Below, piece after piece: positions 39,600 to 50,350 of a stretch of 64,000 bases of DNA. A program made the translations under genes and the position numbers. Each line of letters starts with the position of its first letter. The first letter of the stretch is position 1. The stretch spans positions 256,001 through 320,000 of the forward strand of contig CAVRAO010000002.1 of assembly GCA_963719035.1 (NCBI GenBank), read 5' to 3'. Under the pieces are notes generated by a model. The model was given only the letters and a program-made list of their open reading frames with translations. It did not search any database and was not told the DNA's origin. This DNA comes from Methanobacteriota archaeon. Lineage in GTDB: Archaea > Halobacteriota > Bog-38 > Methanoflorentales > Methanoflorentaceae.

Positions 39600-40430
39600 A
39601 GCGTAGCTGAGATCTCTTCTTCGATGTTATAGAAGGCGAGTACCACTCTATAAATCGCTTTTTTGCATTCGTAGAGCTTGAACCCTCACTTAGGTGTCAA
39701 GTAATAGTAGTGCCTCAGTCTCCGATAATTGCCGCGTCAAGCGGAATACCGCAGATAAATGGAACTTCAAGCTCCGTTGCAGATCGCACTACGTCATCCG
39801 GGTTGAATACGGCTACATGAGTGTGGCAGGTCGGACACGTATATCCGCTCATATTCTCAACGATGCCTATGACTGGGACTCCTAGTTTGTGGGCGAAATC
39901 CACTGATTTCCGTGAACTCGTGAGGGCCACTTCCTGTGGCGTCGTCACTATGAGCGCCACCGTCGGGCTTTAAATCCTGAGCAATTGAGAGTGGCTCATC
40001 GCCTGTTCCAGGGGGCAAATCAACGACCATAAAATCAAGTGAACCCCAGTTAGTCTAATGAATGAACTGCCTTATCGCCCCCATTTTAACGCCGCCGCGC
40101 CAAATGATAGAGCAATCCGAAGAAGGAACCAGAGAATCCCGTCGAGAGAACCTTGAGATTTTCCGAATAAGAAATGGGCACGAGCTGCTTATTCTCGTAT
40201 CCTACATATCCTGTAACGCCTAAAAGCCGTGGGAAACAGGACTACGACAAGCCGGTATCGAACAATCCACTTAGTGCCGAGTCCAAGTGCAACGGCAAGG
40301 TTCCCTTACTGTCTACTTTCCGACAGCCGCCTTTCCCGCTCATGACAATGATGCAGTGCTTGGCATTGAGGTTTTTAGGCACCGTATTAAGATGCAGTGG
40401 TATGCTTTTCTGAGCATTATCTCTCGTCGC
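39600..40430 (-). pseudogene. Mrp/NBP35 (ApbC) Fe-S carrier ATPase, disrupted
   Basis: [66 protein letters not shown]; in-frame TAG plus several frameshifts. Confidence 0.85.
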
Positions 40431-40623
40431 CATGACTTTTACCGATACTATCATTCAATCTGATAGATAATAAATCTTACTCCGATTAATTAAAATAGCA
40501 AATATTATTTTGATAAGAAAATCAGGGTTGGCCCTGGATAGATTAGAAAGCCTCGATATTAAAACTCAAAAAAAATATCAGAGAATGCGAAACGACACAG
40601 CTGAAGTGAGCGTCCGGCAAACC

Positions 40624-41208
40624 TTACATGTTCGGGTGGCACAGAATGCACGTGGAACGATCGTTGAGGTTGTGGTAGTAGATATAATCGTGGCCGTCGA
40701 TGCTTGTCGGAATAGACGAAGGATTGGCCACTGCACTTTGACTCGGCACTGATGCTGCAGGACGGCTCGTCGTTGTGTTTATAATCGATCCAGATGATGT
40801 AGTTGGGCTCGAACTAGACGGTGCGGTATTCGATGCGGACACGGCAATTATCACGACTGCTACTATCATCACACCTATAAGTAATAGGGCTAAAAAGCGT
40901 TTCATAGAGTGGTCTTTCTTGGGCTCAGTTTTCGCAAAACGCTGGGGTAAGTACTTGATGTAGCTCCAGTGAAGGACGAGATGGAGAGCCACAAGGCCAG
41001 TGAACAATAGCCCGAGATACGTGTGCACGTCAAGCCATATTTGCCGTTGAATGCCCAGAAACGTTTGGTGGCTTAACACTGTCCCAAAGGCAGCAAGTTG
41101 GCTTCCTCGTGGCAAGTAGAGCCAAATGATAATCCCCGTAACAGCGGCGACGAGCAAGGGGAAAAATGCAATCGTATCAACAATCGCGTTTAACGTTGTC
41201 TTTCGCAT
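40624..41208 (-). CDS. DUF4405-like membrane protein with C-terminal CxxCH heme-c motif
   Basis: WLDVHTYLGLLFTGLVALHLVLHW; three TM helices; Ser/Thr linker; terminal CILCH; GAGGAG SD before ATG 41208. Confidence 0.75.
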   Translation of the reverse strand: MRKTTLNAIVDTIAFFPLLVAAVTGIIIWLYLPRGSQLAAFGTVLSHQTFLGIQRQIWLDVHTYLGLLFTGLVALHLVLHWSYIKYLPQRFAKTEPKKDHSMKRFLALLLIGVMIVAVVIIAVSASNTAPSSSSPTTSSGSIINTTTSRPAASVPSQSAVANPSSIPTSIDGHDYIYYHNLNDRSTCILCHPNM

Positions 41209-42332
41209 GAAAACTCCTCGCACTGTAAATTGATAGCTTTTACGCCCCCCCATCCGCAACAGTGTCTTCATAGAGTGTCGGATCATCAAGTATAGGATAA
41301 TACATAGCACCTTCGGTGTGAGTAGGGGGTGACTAAGCATCACTTTTCCAAGACTTATTAGTCGTGTTTATCATAATAGGCTTCGTGCAGATATTTCTCG
41401 GACTAATCCAAAATCTGTATTATTGCGATAAGTAAAGAAGCGGGGACTCGCAGGTCAAACGACCTTCAATGAACGCTGAACCCTCTTTTTGTAGTGCTAT
41501 ATCGCGTAGCGTGTCTAGCAAGATAAACCAGTGATGCGGCAGATTCTTCGTGCGGCAATAGAGCAGCGGCATCTAACCATCACGGATATTACCGAGAATT
41601 AGAAGTAGTTTAGTGGGGGTTAAATGTGAATTGACCCTGTAAAATATAAATACGCAATAAACCACGCGGCGACTAGTCCAATTGCTACGGCTAAAACCAC
41701 AAGGTCTTGTGTGCTAGAGAATTTGCTAAATTTACTATATTCCATACTCAAACGCCTTTTAAGGTCGATAAATCTACTAAACATAAGAGGGCGTTAACGT
41801 AGTTTAGTGTTGTGCTCTCTCTAAACATCGATTAGCCAGTACATCAGAATAAACCCCCTTGCCACTCCATCCAAAGAACATGCAACCTAAAGTGCTTGAG
41901 GTAATGATTTGGTCACCGTGCGTTAACTTGCGTGCTGGCAAATGTATGCGGCAGCCGAACGGTTGGATAAAAGTAGCCCGTTTTTACATGGTGGAGCGAG
42001 ATCTTGCTGCAATGAATCTCAACAGCTCCTGGTTTGGTAGCGCAGTTCGAATAGATAGCTCTGAGTAAATATCTTCGCTAGTACAGCTTGAGCTGAATTC
42101 AATTTTCTATAGGTCTCGCTAATAGTTAGCGTGCGGCAAACAACCGATAGGTTGAATAAATGTCGCTAATAGTTGTGAGGCGTTGCTCCATAAAAGGTGG
42201 ACAACTACAAGAAGCGTAAAATTAGAAGAATCACGCAAAAAAAAGATCGCCTGCAAATTTACGAACTAGAACTCAACGAGCTAGGTTATTCAGCCCTAAC
42301 TCGCCAAAATAGCGAGTCTTGACTCAGCCAAA

Positions 42333-43351
42333 CTAAAGATAGCCCAAACTATTAAGCACACGCTTTATGTCTGCACTATTCGCAAAAATAGGATCGCTTG
42401 AAACGTATGGCTTGATCTCACCCTTAGCTGCAGAGTCACGATAAAATCTTCTGACATCTGCTAATTCTTTGAAGTCTGGGGTTATAACAAACATCTCGTT
42501 AGTTTCATACGTGCGCTGTTGTTCACTTTCTGTCATCAACTGTTCTGCCAGTTTTTCTCCCGCTTTGATACCTATCATCTCGGTTTTGACCGCTCCGTAT
42601 TTATGTCCGTACTTGGGCCCTAATTCTTCTATCATAACCTTTGCGACTTCTGCAATTCGGAACAATCGCATTTTCAAAATAAAGATCTCACCCCCTCTTG
42701 CATGTTCTCCGACACTCGTAATGAGTTTAAGAGCTTGAGACATGAGAGATTCCGGGCCTGACCATATCCTCATGGGTAATTGTAACGGGGCCACCCTTCT
42801 CTATTTGTCTGCTAAACAAAGGGAGCACAGAACCACGAGAACCCATGAACGTTTCCAAATCGGACACTTGCAAATCTGGTTCCTGTATTCTGACATTGCA
42901 CATTCGCGATTGTAAGCAAGCGCTCTGCGAGGAGTTGCTTGCTCCGTAAGCTGTAGTCGTTTAACCGTTTGCCCGTACTGCTAAATATCACCTTTTTAAC
43001 ATCCTCGCGTAAGCAGGCATCAAGGACGTTTTTGTTCCTAAGATGTTCGTTTTGACAGCTTCACAAGGATTGGGCTCACATATTGGGAGATTCTTAAGCG
43101 CTGCGAGATAAAAAACGAAATCAGCGCCTTCGAAGAGGGGTTCAATCGTTTCTTTATCTCGTATATCCGCAATCAAGGTTGAAAGACTGCGATCTAAGAT
43201 CTTGCTCCAGATCGTATGCAGCCCCTCGTTGTTGTCGATCAATAGTAAATGTTGAGGGTTAAATTTCAATAGAGTCCTTACGAGTGCTGTTTCTATTGAA
43301 CCTGCCCCTCCTGTCACTAGCACGGTTTTTCATGTAAAATTAACTTATGCC
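42333..43351 (-). pseudogene. Polysaccharide biosynthesis protein (CapD/PseB-like UDP-sugar dehydratase), fragmented
   Basis: [60 protein letters not shown] across several frames. Confidence 0.82.
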
Positions 43352-43479
43352 CATATTCTAATGATCAGACGTTTGTTTGCCAGAGTTCACAAAAAAGCAT
43401 GGAATACTAGACTATCAAAACAACGTCCTAAAGAAAAGAAAGCTTACAAAGCCATTAGCTGGCCGGCAAAAATCGCGTC

Positions 43480-43514
43480 AAAAAAAAGAAAGGTGGAGTG
43501 ACGAGCGTCACTCC
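43480..43514 (-). terminator. mcr operon terminator (hairpin + oligo-T)
   Basis: Inverted repeat GGAGTGACG/CGTCACTCC starting 8 nt after the mcrA stop, followed by TTTCTTTTTTTT on the minus strand. Confidence 0.75.
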
Positions 43515-43522
43515 TTTGCATT

Positions 43523-45199
43523 TTAGAACTTTCGCCCAGGTGAGACAATTCCTCTCTCACCAGCAGGCTGGAACTCTCTTAGAGCACCGCGCGCAAACTC
43601 AGCTCGTGGCTTGCTAAAGTCGAACCACAGGTTGGGGTCAGCGAAGCACACTTTGACAAGTGGGCTTACCGCAAAAGCGTCGCGGCGACCGACGTGCGCT
43701 GCCTTGGCTATACCAGCGTAACCGCCCTGGTGACCGACGTTCATGGCGTAGTTCGGATAGTTCGCACCACGGAGCTCGTCTGGCGCACCCTCGTCAGACC
43801 TGACGGAGAACGTGTTCGTTGATCCGCACTGGTCTTGCAGGTCGTAGCCGTAGAAGCCGAGTCTGCCCCACGCGTCCTTGTGTAGGAGCATAGAGAGATA
43901 CCAGGCGCTTAGTCCTGCATTTGAGTTGCCTGTAGCGATAGCGGCTGTTACACCAGAAGCAGCTGCGAGCACCGTTGCCCTCTGTGAACCGCCGAAGTGG
44001 TCCTCAAGGGTGGTCGGGTACTTCTCGTATTGCTCGATACCGTAAAGCGTAACCTCGGTACCGAGGTCGTTAACGACGTCCATCGTCGATGGTGCCGCTC
44101 CGTCCGCTCCGTACTTCTTGGCGTAGTCGTTGCCGTAGTAGCTGTAGTCGTCGAGGATGTTGTCGGTGTATGCTGCAGTTGCGTACTGCGTGAAACCAAC
44201 ACCGCCTGACATGTACGATCCAAGCCATATCTGGTCGTAGAGCATACAGCCAGCAGCGACAACCTCTAGTGATGACTTAACTGGGTCGTCGGGGAAAATC
44301 CGGTCTGTCTGTATCATGTCGGCCATGAAACCGAACGAGAGACCGCCGGGTTCGTTAGGTCCACGGGCACGGCGTGCGGGAAGCATGTTCGCCATCTCGA
44401 TGAGGCTTGCGTGCTTAGCCGCAAACGCGAGGTCTGCCACGGCCGCCTCACCGGCGCACATGTTGTACGCAGCGATGAACGACATACCGATCTGCATAGC
44501 AGACCATCTGCTCGTGTTACCGCCGTCGCACGTGCGCGAAACGATCGTCGGGATGTGCACACCCTGCCAGAGCGTCTTGCCGATTGCCTTCTTAAGTTGC
44601 TCAGCTTGCTTTGCAGGGAACAACTTGTTGATGTCGACGAGAAACGCCTTGTCGATTTCGGCAGCGAGGTCATCGTCGCCGGTGAAGACTTTTACAAAAC
44701 AGTCCTCGACAAGCGCCGGGTGAGTCTCCACCATGTGTTCTTGGACAATGGCCGCACCAGGCATGGTGTGGTTCAGCGCCTCAAGATAGCCGTTGATGGT
44801 CTCAGGGGTAACTTCCTTACCGAGTCTTCTGGTCAGCGTCTCGTGGGCCTGGTCGAGACCGACGATAACTGTACGCCTGATCTCATCCCACATCTGTTGC
44901 ATTGCGGGGTTGTTGACGTAGTGGAGGTCATCGCCTTCACACATGACGTCAGTCCCGGAGACGTTATACGGCATAAGTTGCCGCTGACCAAGCGTCATAC
45001 CACCAAGGTGCACGTTGACGTTGTACGCGGGTATTCCTCGGTCCTTCGCGATCTTTGCGCCCCATTCCTGGAACTCACGCTTGTCCTTGGACTGGATGTA
45101 GCCCTCGCGCTTATACGACGTCTTATTTGAAGTAGGATCCTCGGCGAACTTCTTCTTCATCGCATCGAGGAACATTTTCTGTGTTTTTTCAGTAGCCAT
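43523..45199 (-). CDS. mcrA: Methyl-coenzyme M reductase alpha subunit
   Basis: [61 protein letters not shown]. Confidence 0.99.
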   Translation of the reverse strand: MATEKTQKMFLDAMKKKFAEDPTSNKTSYKREGYIQSKDKREFQEWGAKIAKDRGIPAYNVNVHLGGMTLGQRQLMPYNVSGTDVMCEGDDLHYVNNPAMQQMWDEIRRTVIVGLDQAHETLTRRLGKEVTPETINGYLEALNHTMPGAAIVQEHMVETHPALVEDCFVKVFTGDDDLAAEIDKAFLVDINKLFPAKQAEQLKKAIGKTLWQGVHIPTIVSRTCDGGNTSRWSAMQIGMSFIAAYNMCAGEAAVADLAFAAKHASLIEMANMLPARRARGPNEPGGLSFGFMADMIQTDRIFPDDPVKSSLEVVAAGCMLYDQIWLGSYMSGGVGFTQYATAAYTDNILDDYSYYGNDYAKKYGADGAAPSTMDVVNDLGTEVTLYGIEQYEKYPTTLEDHFGGSQRATVLAAASGVTAAIATGNSNAGLSAWYLSMLLHKDAWGRLGFYGYDLQDQCGSTNTFSVRSDEGAPDELRGANYPNYAMNVGHQGGYAGIAKAAHVGRRDAFAVSPLVKVCFADPNLWFDFSKPRAEFARGALREFQPAGERGIVSPGRKF

Positions 45200-45214
45200 G
45201 TTATAATACCTCTC

Positions 45215-45966
45215 TTACGCTATGGGCTTGAATCCCCACATCGATCTCAGTGTGTGAATCCGCTGAATGTATGTGATCATCTCTTTGTCAGCGCGTGCTG
45301 CGTCACCGTCGACTCGATAGATCGTCGTTCTTTTCTTCAGCTCATCATCAGCCATTGGTTTGCCCATGGGAACTGCCTTGTCGAGAGGCCTTCCTACCTG
45401 GTCTTTCACAATGCTGACTGTACCGTCGGGGTTAATGACCGATCTTTGAAGCATGTCAAACATCATACCGTTCGTGTCAAGTCTCAATGAGTGACCGTGC
45501 ACAGTACAACCTCTGACGCCTGATCGCGCCGTATCAAACATCTCACTCTCGAGCAGCATCTTGCTGATCTTGTCAAGATCTCGCTCACGAGCTTCGATGA
45601 TTTGTCGGCCTGAGAGCGTACCTGGGTCAACCCCCCTAAATCGGGTTGCGGCCATCCAAGATCTTACGTACAGGTACCGGAAGGGGAGAAGTACATCGAG
45701 TCAGTAAACTGAATGTACCTAATACGATCCCCAGCGGCCGCTCCGTCGGTAGGCTTCACAAGCTCTCTCATTGGGTCTTCGGGCTCTCCCATCTCTGATA
45801 GTGGTGGGTGAGTCGATGGATAAGCTGCCCCGGGCGTGCGGTGACCTAGAATTGCCACGACGCTATCATCTGATACGTCACGGACTTTGTCCAGCGTCTT
45901 CGTCGGGTCCAGCTGTCTCCTTCTGTTTGCCGCTACCTTTGAAGTACCGGGAACAAATTGTGGCAT
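45215..45966 (-). CDS. mcrG: Methyl-coenzyme M reductase gamma subunit (two extra bases at about 45668-45680)
   Basis: HPPLSEM, GDRIRYIQFTDSMY, RGVDPGTLSGRQ, VHGHSLRL; removing two bases restores FSPSVPYVRSWMAA. Confidence 0.96.
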
Positions 45967-45973
45967 CTTTTTT

Positions 45974-46603
45974 TCAACTCCTTCGTTCTGCGCGTTTATA
46001 GTGATTGATACATTTAATGACCTCGTTGAGCTTATCACGCGTGATAGTCTCACCACGAGTCACGTTGGTTACGATTCCTACGATAGTACCGTCGGTTTGA
46101 ACGTTTTCGGGCTTCGGCATTACAATGCGCGTCTTTACCCCGATCCGGGCGAAATCCTCGTAGTCAACCTGCGTTTGACTCACCGCAATCGCCGGAATGG
46201 CGACAAAGCGCAGGATATTCCGCGCTTTGTAAATGATGTGAGTCTTCACACCCCCGAGGTGGATAACTGCAAGCTTGTGGCGAGCAATTTGTTGCACCTC
46301 CTTTGCAGCAAGGCCAAACTTCGGCCCGAGACCACGCGCACTTTCAGGTGCGTCTGCTGGGACGCCGCTTCCGGCGTTCAACACCAGCACACCGACCTGA
46401 AACCCTTCGTTTCGAAGGCCGTGCGTGATCTCGCAGATGGGCTTCGTTATGTGCCGTCTGCCGGGGGACATTCCGATCGCCACGATATCAGGTATTCCTG
46501 TCTCGGAAATGGTACCTCGTTGGGCAAGGCCTCCGCCTTTGCCCAGGCCCATTGATTCGCGGCAATCAACAATGTGTGTGGCGCGACTGACGATAAGCGT
46601 CAC
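45974..46603 (-). CDS. mcrC: MCR operon protein C
   Basis: VDCRESMGLGKGGGLAQRGT, MSPGRRHITKPICEIT, EDFARIGVKT. Confidence 0.95.
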   Translation of the reverse strand: MTLIVSRATHIVDCRESMGLGKGGGLAQRGTISETGIPDIVAIGMSPGRRHITKPICEITHGLRNEGFQVGVLVLNAGSGVPADAPESARGLGPKFGLAAKEVQQIARHKLAVIHLGGVKTHIIYKARNILRFVAIPAIAVSQTQVDYEDFARIGVKTRIVMPKPENVQTDGTIVGIVTNVTRGETITRDKLNEVIKCINHYKRAERRS

Positions 46604-47085
46604 CTCTCACGGGGATAGATCGAGCAGATCTGAGATTTTGACTTCGGATCTGTCATGCCAAGCGCTTTCGTGTCCCTGATTACGCCCCATTTAGCGTAAT
46701 CGGTCTGTGTCGGACGTGTTCTCATAAACAAGCCACGGTTTATTTGGAAACCGCACGGAAGGGTGCGTCTGCACGCCTCCTCGACCTGTTCGATTACGTC
46801 CTCATCCTCAAGTTCAAGCCAAATCCTACCAACCTGAACCCCAAGCTCTACATCCTGTTGCCCCACTTGAATGTGTTTGCGCGCTGCGTGCACGTTCGGC
46901 GTTCCCTTAGCTGGCCCTGTCGGCACAGTGGAAGCGATCCGAGGGCCGTGCAATATCAAGCGCGTTATACCATTGATCTTGGCAAATTCTGTAAGCAACT
47001 TCTCAACCATGTCTGGGCTAAGAAATCGTTCAGTGAAAACCTCTATTTGAACAGGCATGTTCGTGTCGGGGACATTCGTATCCAT
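46600..47085 (-). CDS. mcrD: MCR operon protein D
   Basis: QIEVFTERFL, HGPR, GPAKG, VGRIWLE, TQTDYAKWG. Confidence 0.93.
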   Translation of the reverse strand: MDTNVPDTNMPVQIEVFTERFLSPDMVEKLLTEFAKINGITRLILHGPRIASTVPTGPAKGTPNVHAARKHIQVGQQDVELGVQVGRIWLELEDEDVIEQVEEACRRTLPCGFQINRGLFMRTRPTQTDYAKWGVIRDTKALGMTDPKSKSQICSIYPRER

Positions 47086-47118
47086 TATGTATCGTAAACC
47101 TCCGCGCAATTTACGTAA

Positions 47119-48442
47119 CTACATTCCCTCCGCTGCTTTGGCAACAGCAGTGATTGGGTCTTTGAATTCTGGTATCTCGCCGTACACTATGCCGATGAGC
47201 TTTGACGTTGCCTCTACAGAGAACATCTGTGTCCCCGCGTCAATTGACACGGCTGCTGCAACGCATGGAATCGCAAAGCCCTTAGAGTGTCTCGTCACGA
47301 TGTGGTTCCCATTGAACACACCAGGTCCGCCGCCGCCGTAGATCGAGTGGCTGAAGAACGAGAACCCGACCGCCGTACCCATAACCTTACCGAAGTCACA
47401 GCCGGGGAGTCCCGTCTCGTGCTCGATCAGGTCGTTTGCGTAAAGCAGCGTTGACGAAACCGCTTGTGCGCCTCGAGCCGCACCACAGTTCACAATGGTC
47501 GCGGCGAGTGTGCCGGCAGCGCAATAGGCGTTCCAGGCTGCGACGTCGTCAGTCTTCATCGCCTTAAAGCCAGAAGGCCAGGTCGTATCTTCTTTAATGA
47601 CACCGGCTGCCTTTGCCTTTTCAACGGTCGACGCAACTACTGAGCCGATAGTGCCGTCTTGCCCGTTCTCTTTAACGAGAGAGTAGAGCACGTTGTTCGC
47701 GTTTAACCCCTGCATCGCAAGTCCGCAGAGCTGCAAACGCTCGTTCCAGCCAATAGCGTCACCCATCTCCCAGACACCCGCCTGTTCGAATATCGATGAC
47801 AGCGCAGACGCGTTCATCGTCCGCTTGCCAGTGGCAGCTGCAACGTGGTTAACCGCTACATTTCGCAGTGAGTAACCGTACCCTTCATCTTTCTGCGGGG
47901 TCTCGAGCATGGATTTCACCATACCGCCCACGGCGTCGAGAGTCTGTGGGTACTCTCCCCAAATGGCCGCCTTAACCATCGGCGCATTGGAACATGTCCA
48001 CCTTGAACATGTCGATAATCGCCTGCGTTAGGGCGCTGCTTGTTGCAGTGGTTCCCGCGACATAGGTGGCTCCAGCTTCGAGACGTGCTGTCGGTATTTG
48101 AACCATAAGCTGCTTTCCGCCGCCTAGGGGCTTGACGACCGTGTCGTCGCCCGCACTTACCATTATGAGGTCCTTGACCTGCTTCGCAAGAGCGTCGGCG
48201 TTGCCTACGAGATCCAGGTTCAACTCGCGACCGAGTATCTGTCTACCCTTGCCGCCCATTTTGCCGGTCATCAAAGCGTTTTGGGTACCCTCAAGATTAA
48301 CGGCCACCGTTCTTAAGGTGGTGTTGATAATCTTCTTGATAGCCGGGTTCACCATCGGGCTGAGAGCCTCGAGTGGTATGTTGGAACCTACCTTTTGACC
48401 TCTGTCGTTATGTAAATCGACTTTGTCTTCAAATTTTGGCAT
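47119..48442 (-). CDS. mcrB: Methyl-coenzyme M reductase beta subunit (one extra base at about 47990)
   Basis: [46 protein letters not shown]; removing one base restores [11 protein letters not shown]. Confidence 0.97.
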
Positions 48443-48797
48443 TCTATCCCTCCACGGGGTCAACTACCACACGAACAAAGCTGTATGCTGTAGACCAGGA
48501 CTGAAGAATAACTGAATACAACTTGATTGAAAAAAAGATGACAAGTTGTATGTTTCACCTAGCATGGAGCGTACCCCGGGTTTACCTTAAAATCAATTTC
48601 ATAGTTTATTAAGCTTGTGCTGGAAAACAGCGGAGCGACAAAGAAATATTTTTTGCGAATATTTTTGAAAAAAAAACCGTCAATAATTTTATTTTATTTT
48701 TTTTATAAAAATGTAGCTAATACCGTTTTATAAACCCAACGGCCGTAAATCACTCAAAAGTTATATATATGTAGCCAATCTCATCTCGCCTTTGCGT
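48443..48797. promoter_or_regulatory. Divergent AT-rich promoter region between mcrB and mfnB
   Basis: Long A/T tracts and TATA-like elements (TTTATAAA, TTATATATAT); GGAGGG SD before mcrB. Confidence 0.6.
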
Positions 48798-49511
48798 ATG
48801 AAGGTATTAATAAGTCCCAAAGACGAATTTGAGGCGAAAGCGGCAGTCGATGGCGGAGCAGACATCATAGACGTTAAAAACCCAGATGAAGGATCGCTCG
48901 GCGCCAACTTTCCGTGGGTAATACGACAGATTCGGAGTCTTGTACCTCACTCCATAGAGGTGAGCGCAACGATCGGTGATTTTCCGCATCTCCCAGGCTC
49001 TGCCTCGCTGGCTGCACTAGGCGCAGCTGTGTCTGGGGCTAATTACGTCAAAGTAGGACTTAAAGGGTCAAAAACACGAGACGAGGCGATTTTTTTAATG
49101 CAGCACGTAACGAGAACGGTGAAGGAATACGACAGTAAAACCAAAGTCGTTCTCGCAGGGTACGCAGACTATCTCAGAGCAGCGACTCTCGATCCCTTTC
49201 TGCTGCCTGAAGTTGCCCGCCGTGCTGGCTGTGACGTCGTGATGGTCGATACGTTCATCAAGGATGGAAAAAGCCTGTTTGATTTCATGGACGAAGCTGC
49301 TTGCAAGCACTTTATCGATGAGGGGCACAGACAAGACTTGAGCGTTGCCCTTGCAGGATCCATCAAACTGCCTGAGATCCCTATATTAAAACGTATAGGT
49401 GTTGACATCGTTGGAATTCGAGGCGCAGCGTGCTCACACGGCGACCGTTTAACCGGAACGATACAGACCGAAAACGTCAGGGCTCTAATGGACCTCGCGA
49501 GACAATCGTGA
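48798..49511 (+). CDS. mfnB: (5-formylfuran-3-yl)methyl phosphate synthase (methanofuran biosynthesis)
   Basis: LISP, GGADIIDVKNPDEGSLGANFPW, SATIGD, YVKVG, MVDTFIKDG, ALAGS, GIRGAAC. Confidence 0.93.
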   Translation: MKVLISPKDEFEAKAAVDGGADIIDVKNPDEGSLGANFPWVIRQIRSLVPHSIEVSATIGDFPHLPGSASLAALGAAVSGANYVKVGLKGSKTRDEAIFLMQHVTRTVKEYDSKTKVVLAGYADYLRAATLDPFLLPEVARRAGCDVVMVDTFIKDGKSLFDFMDEAACKHFIDEGHRQDLSVALAGSIKLPEIPILKRIGVDIVGIRGAACSHGDRLTGTIQTENVRALMDLARQS

Positions 49512-49587
49512 TGCCCGCTGACAAAAGCTAGCTGCCATCTGTTGTCGCCTCGAAAACTATTACTTTTCACGCTGCCATGTTCGTGAT

Positions 49588-50259
49588 ATGAGTATAGACT
49601 ACACAGCTTTGTCAGACAAACTCACGAGTGTTTTAGGTCTAAAAGGCTCACCCGTGGCGGTCAAACTAATTCGAACGGAATCAAGCCTTCCAAAAGGGCT
49701 GAGTCATACAAACGAGGTACTGCGCCATTGTGAAATGGTGCAGAAAGCGCGACGCGGTTTTAAATTCTACGCAACAGTCGAACAGCACGCATGCAAGGGC
49801 GGCGCCGGGATGCTCGGAGTAATCGATATACCAGAGAACATCAAATCCGGCGAATTTTACTACAAACTAGGAAGATTCTCTTCAATTGAACACGCGGCAG
49901 AGACCATGCAAGGTATTCCCCGCGTCGATTTCAAAACCTATGCGACAGCTTACTCGCCACTCGCTGAGACCCCTTTTGACCCTGACGTGGTCGTGCTCCT
50001 CGTTACCCCCCACCAAGCGATGATGATCGCGCAAGCGAACGTTTACGAATTACATTCGAGAAATACTGCCGATTTTTCGGGAATTCAATCGATATGTGGC
50101 GATGCGGTCGCTGCGCCCCTTATGAGAGATACCGTAAACTTCACGCTCGGCTGCTCAGGTTCTCGAAAATACGCAAAGGTCAGCGAAGATGAACTGATCG
50201 TCGGCATTCCTATGAAGATCCTCTCCAAATTGGCTGATGCACTCCAAAAACTGACCTAA
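49588..50259 (+). CDS. DUF169 family protein
   Basis: PVAVK, RHCEMV, HACKGG, PDVVV, QSICGD, LGCSGSR, ELIVGIP. Confidence 0.85.
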   Translation: MSIDYTALSDKLTSVLGLKGSPVAVKLIRTESSLPKGLSHTNEVLRHCEMVQKARRGFKFYATVEQHACKGGAGMLGVIDIPENIKSGEFYYKLGRFSSIEHAAETMQGIPRVDFKTYATAYSPLAETPFDPDVVVLLVTPHQAMMIAQANVYELHSRNTADFSGIQSICGDAVAAPLMRDTVNFTLGCSGSRKYAKVSEDELIVGIPMKILSKLADALQKLT

Positions 50260-50350
50260 CTGGCGTATTTGAGCTCAATGCGCCATGTTAGGTGAGCTGC
50301 ACCGTTAAATATCAAAAGAACAATTCGCACACACTAGTCGGAGGAATATC

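Noticed and set aside
40055-40058. In-frame TAG in Mrp as a pyrrolysine codon
   Set aside because: It falls where an acidic residue is expected, the same gene has several frameshifts, and there are no pyl genes in the window
31113-43351. Accessory block as a provirus, IS or integrative element
   Set aside because: No integrase, transposase, terminal inverted repeats or att duplication seen
43948-47875. Long antisense or alternate-frame ORFs over mcr (e.g. 44411..45130, 45887..46555), and similar ones over mtr
   Set aside because: Shadow ORFs expected from the strong codon bias of highly expressed genes; no protein motifs
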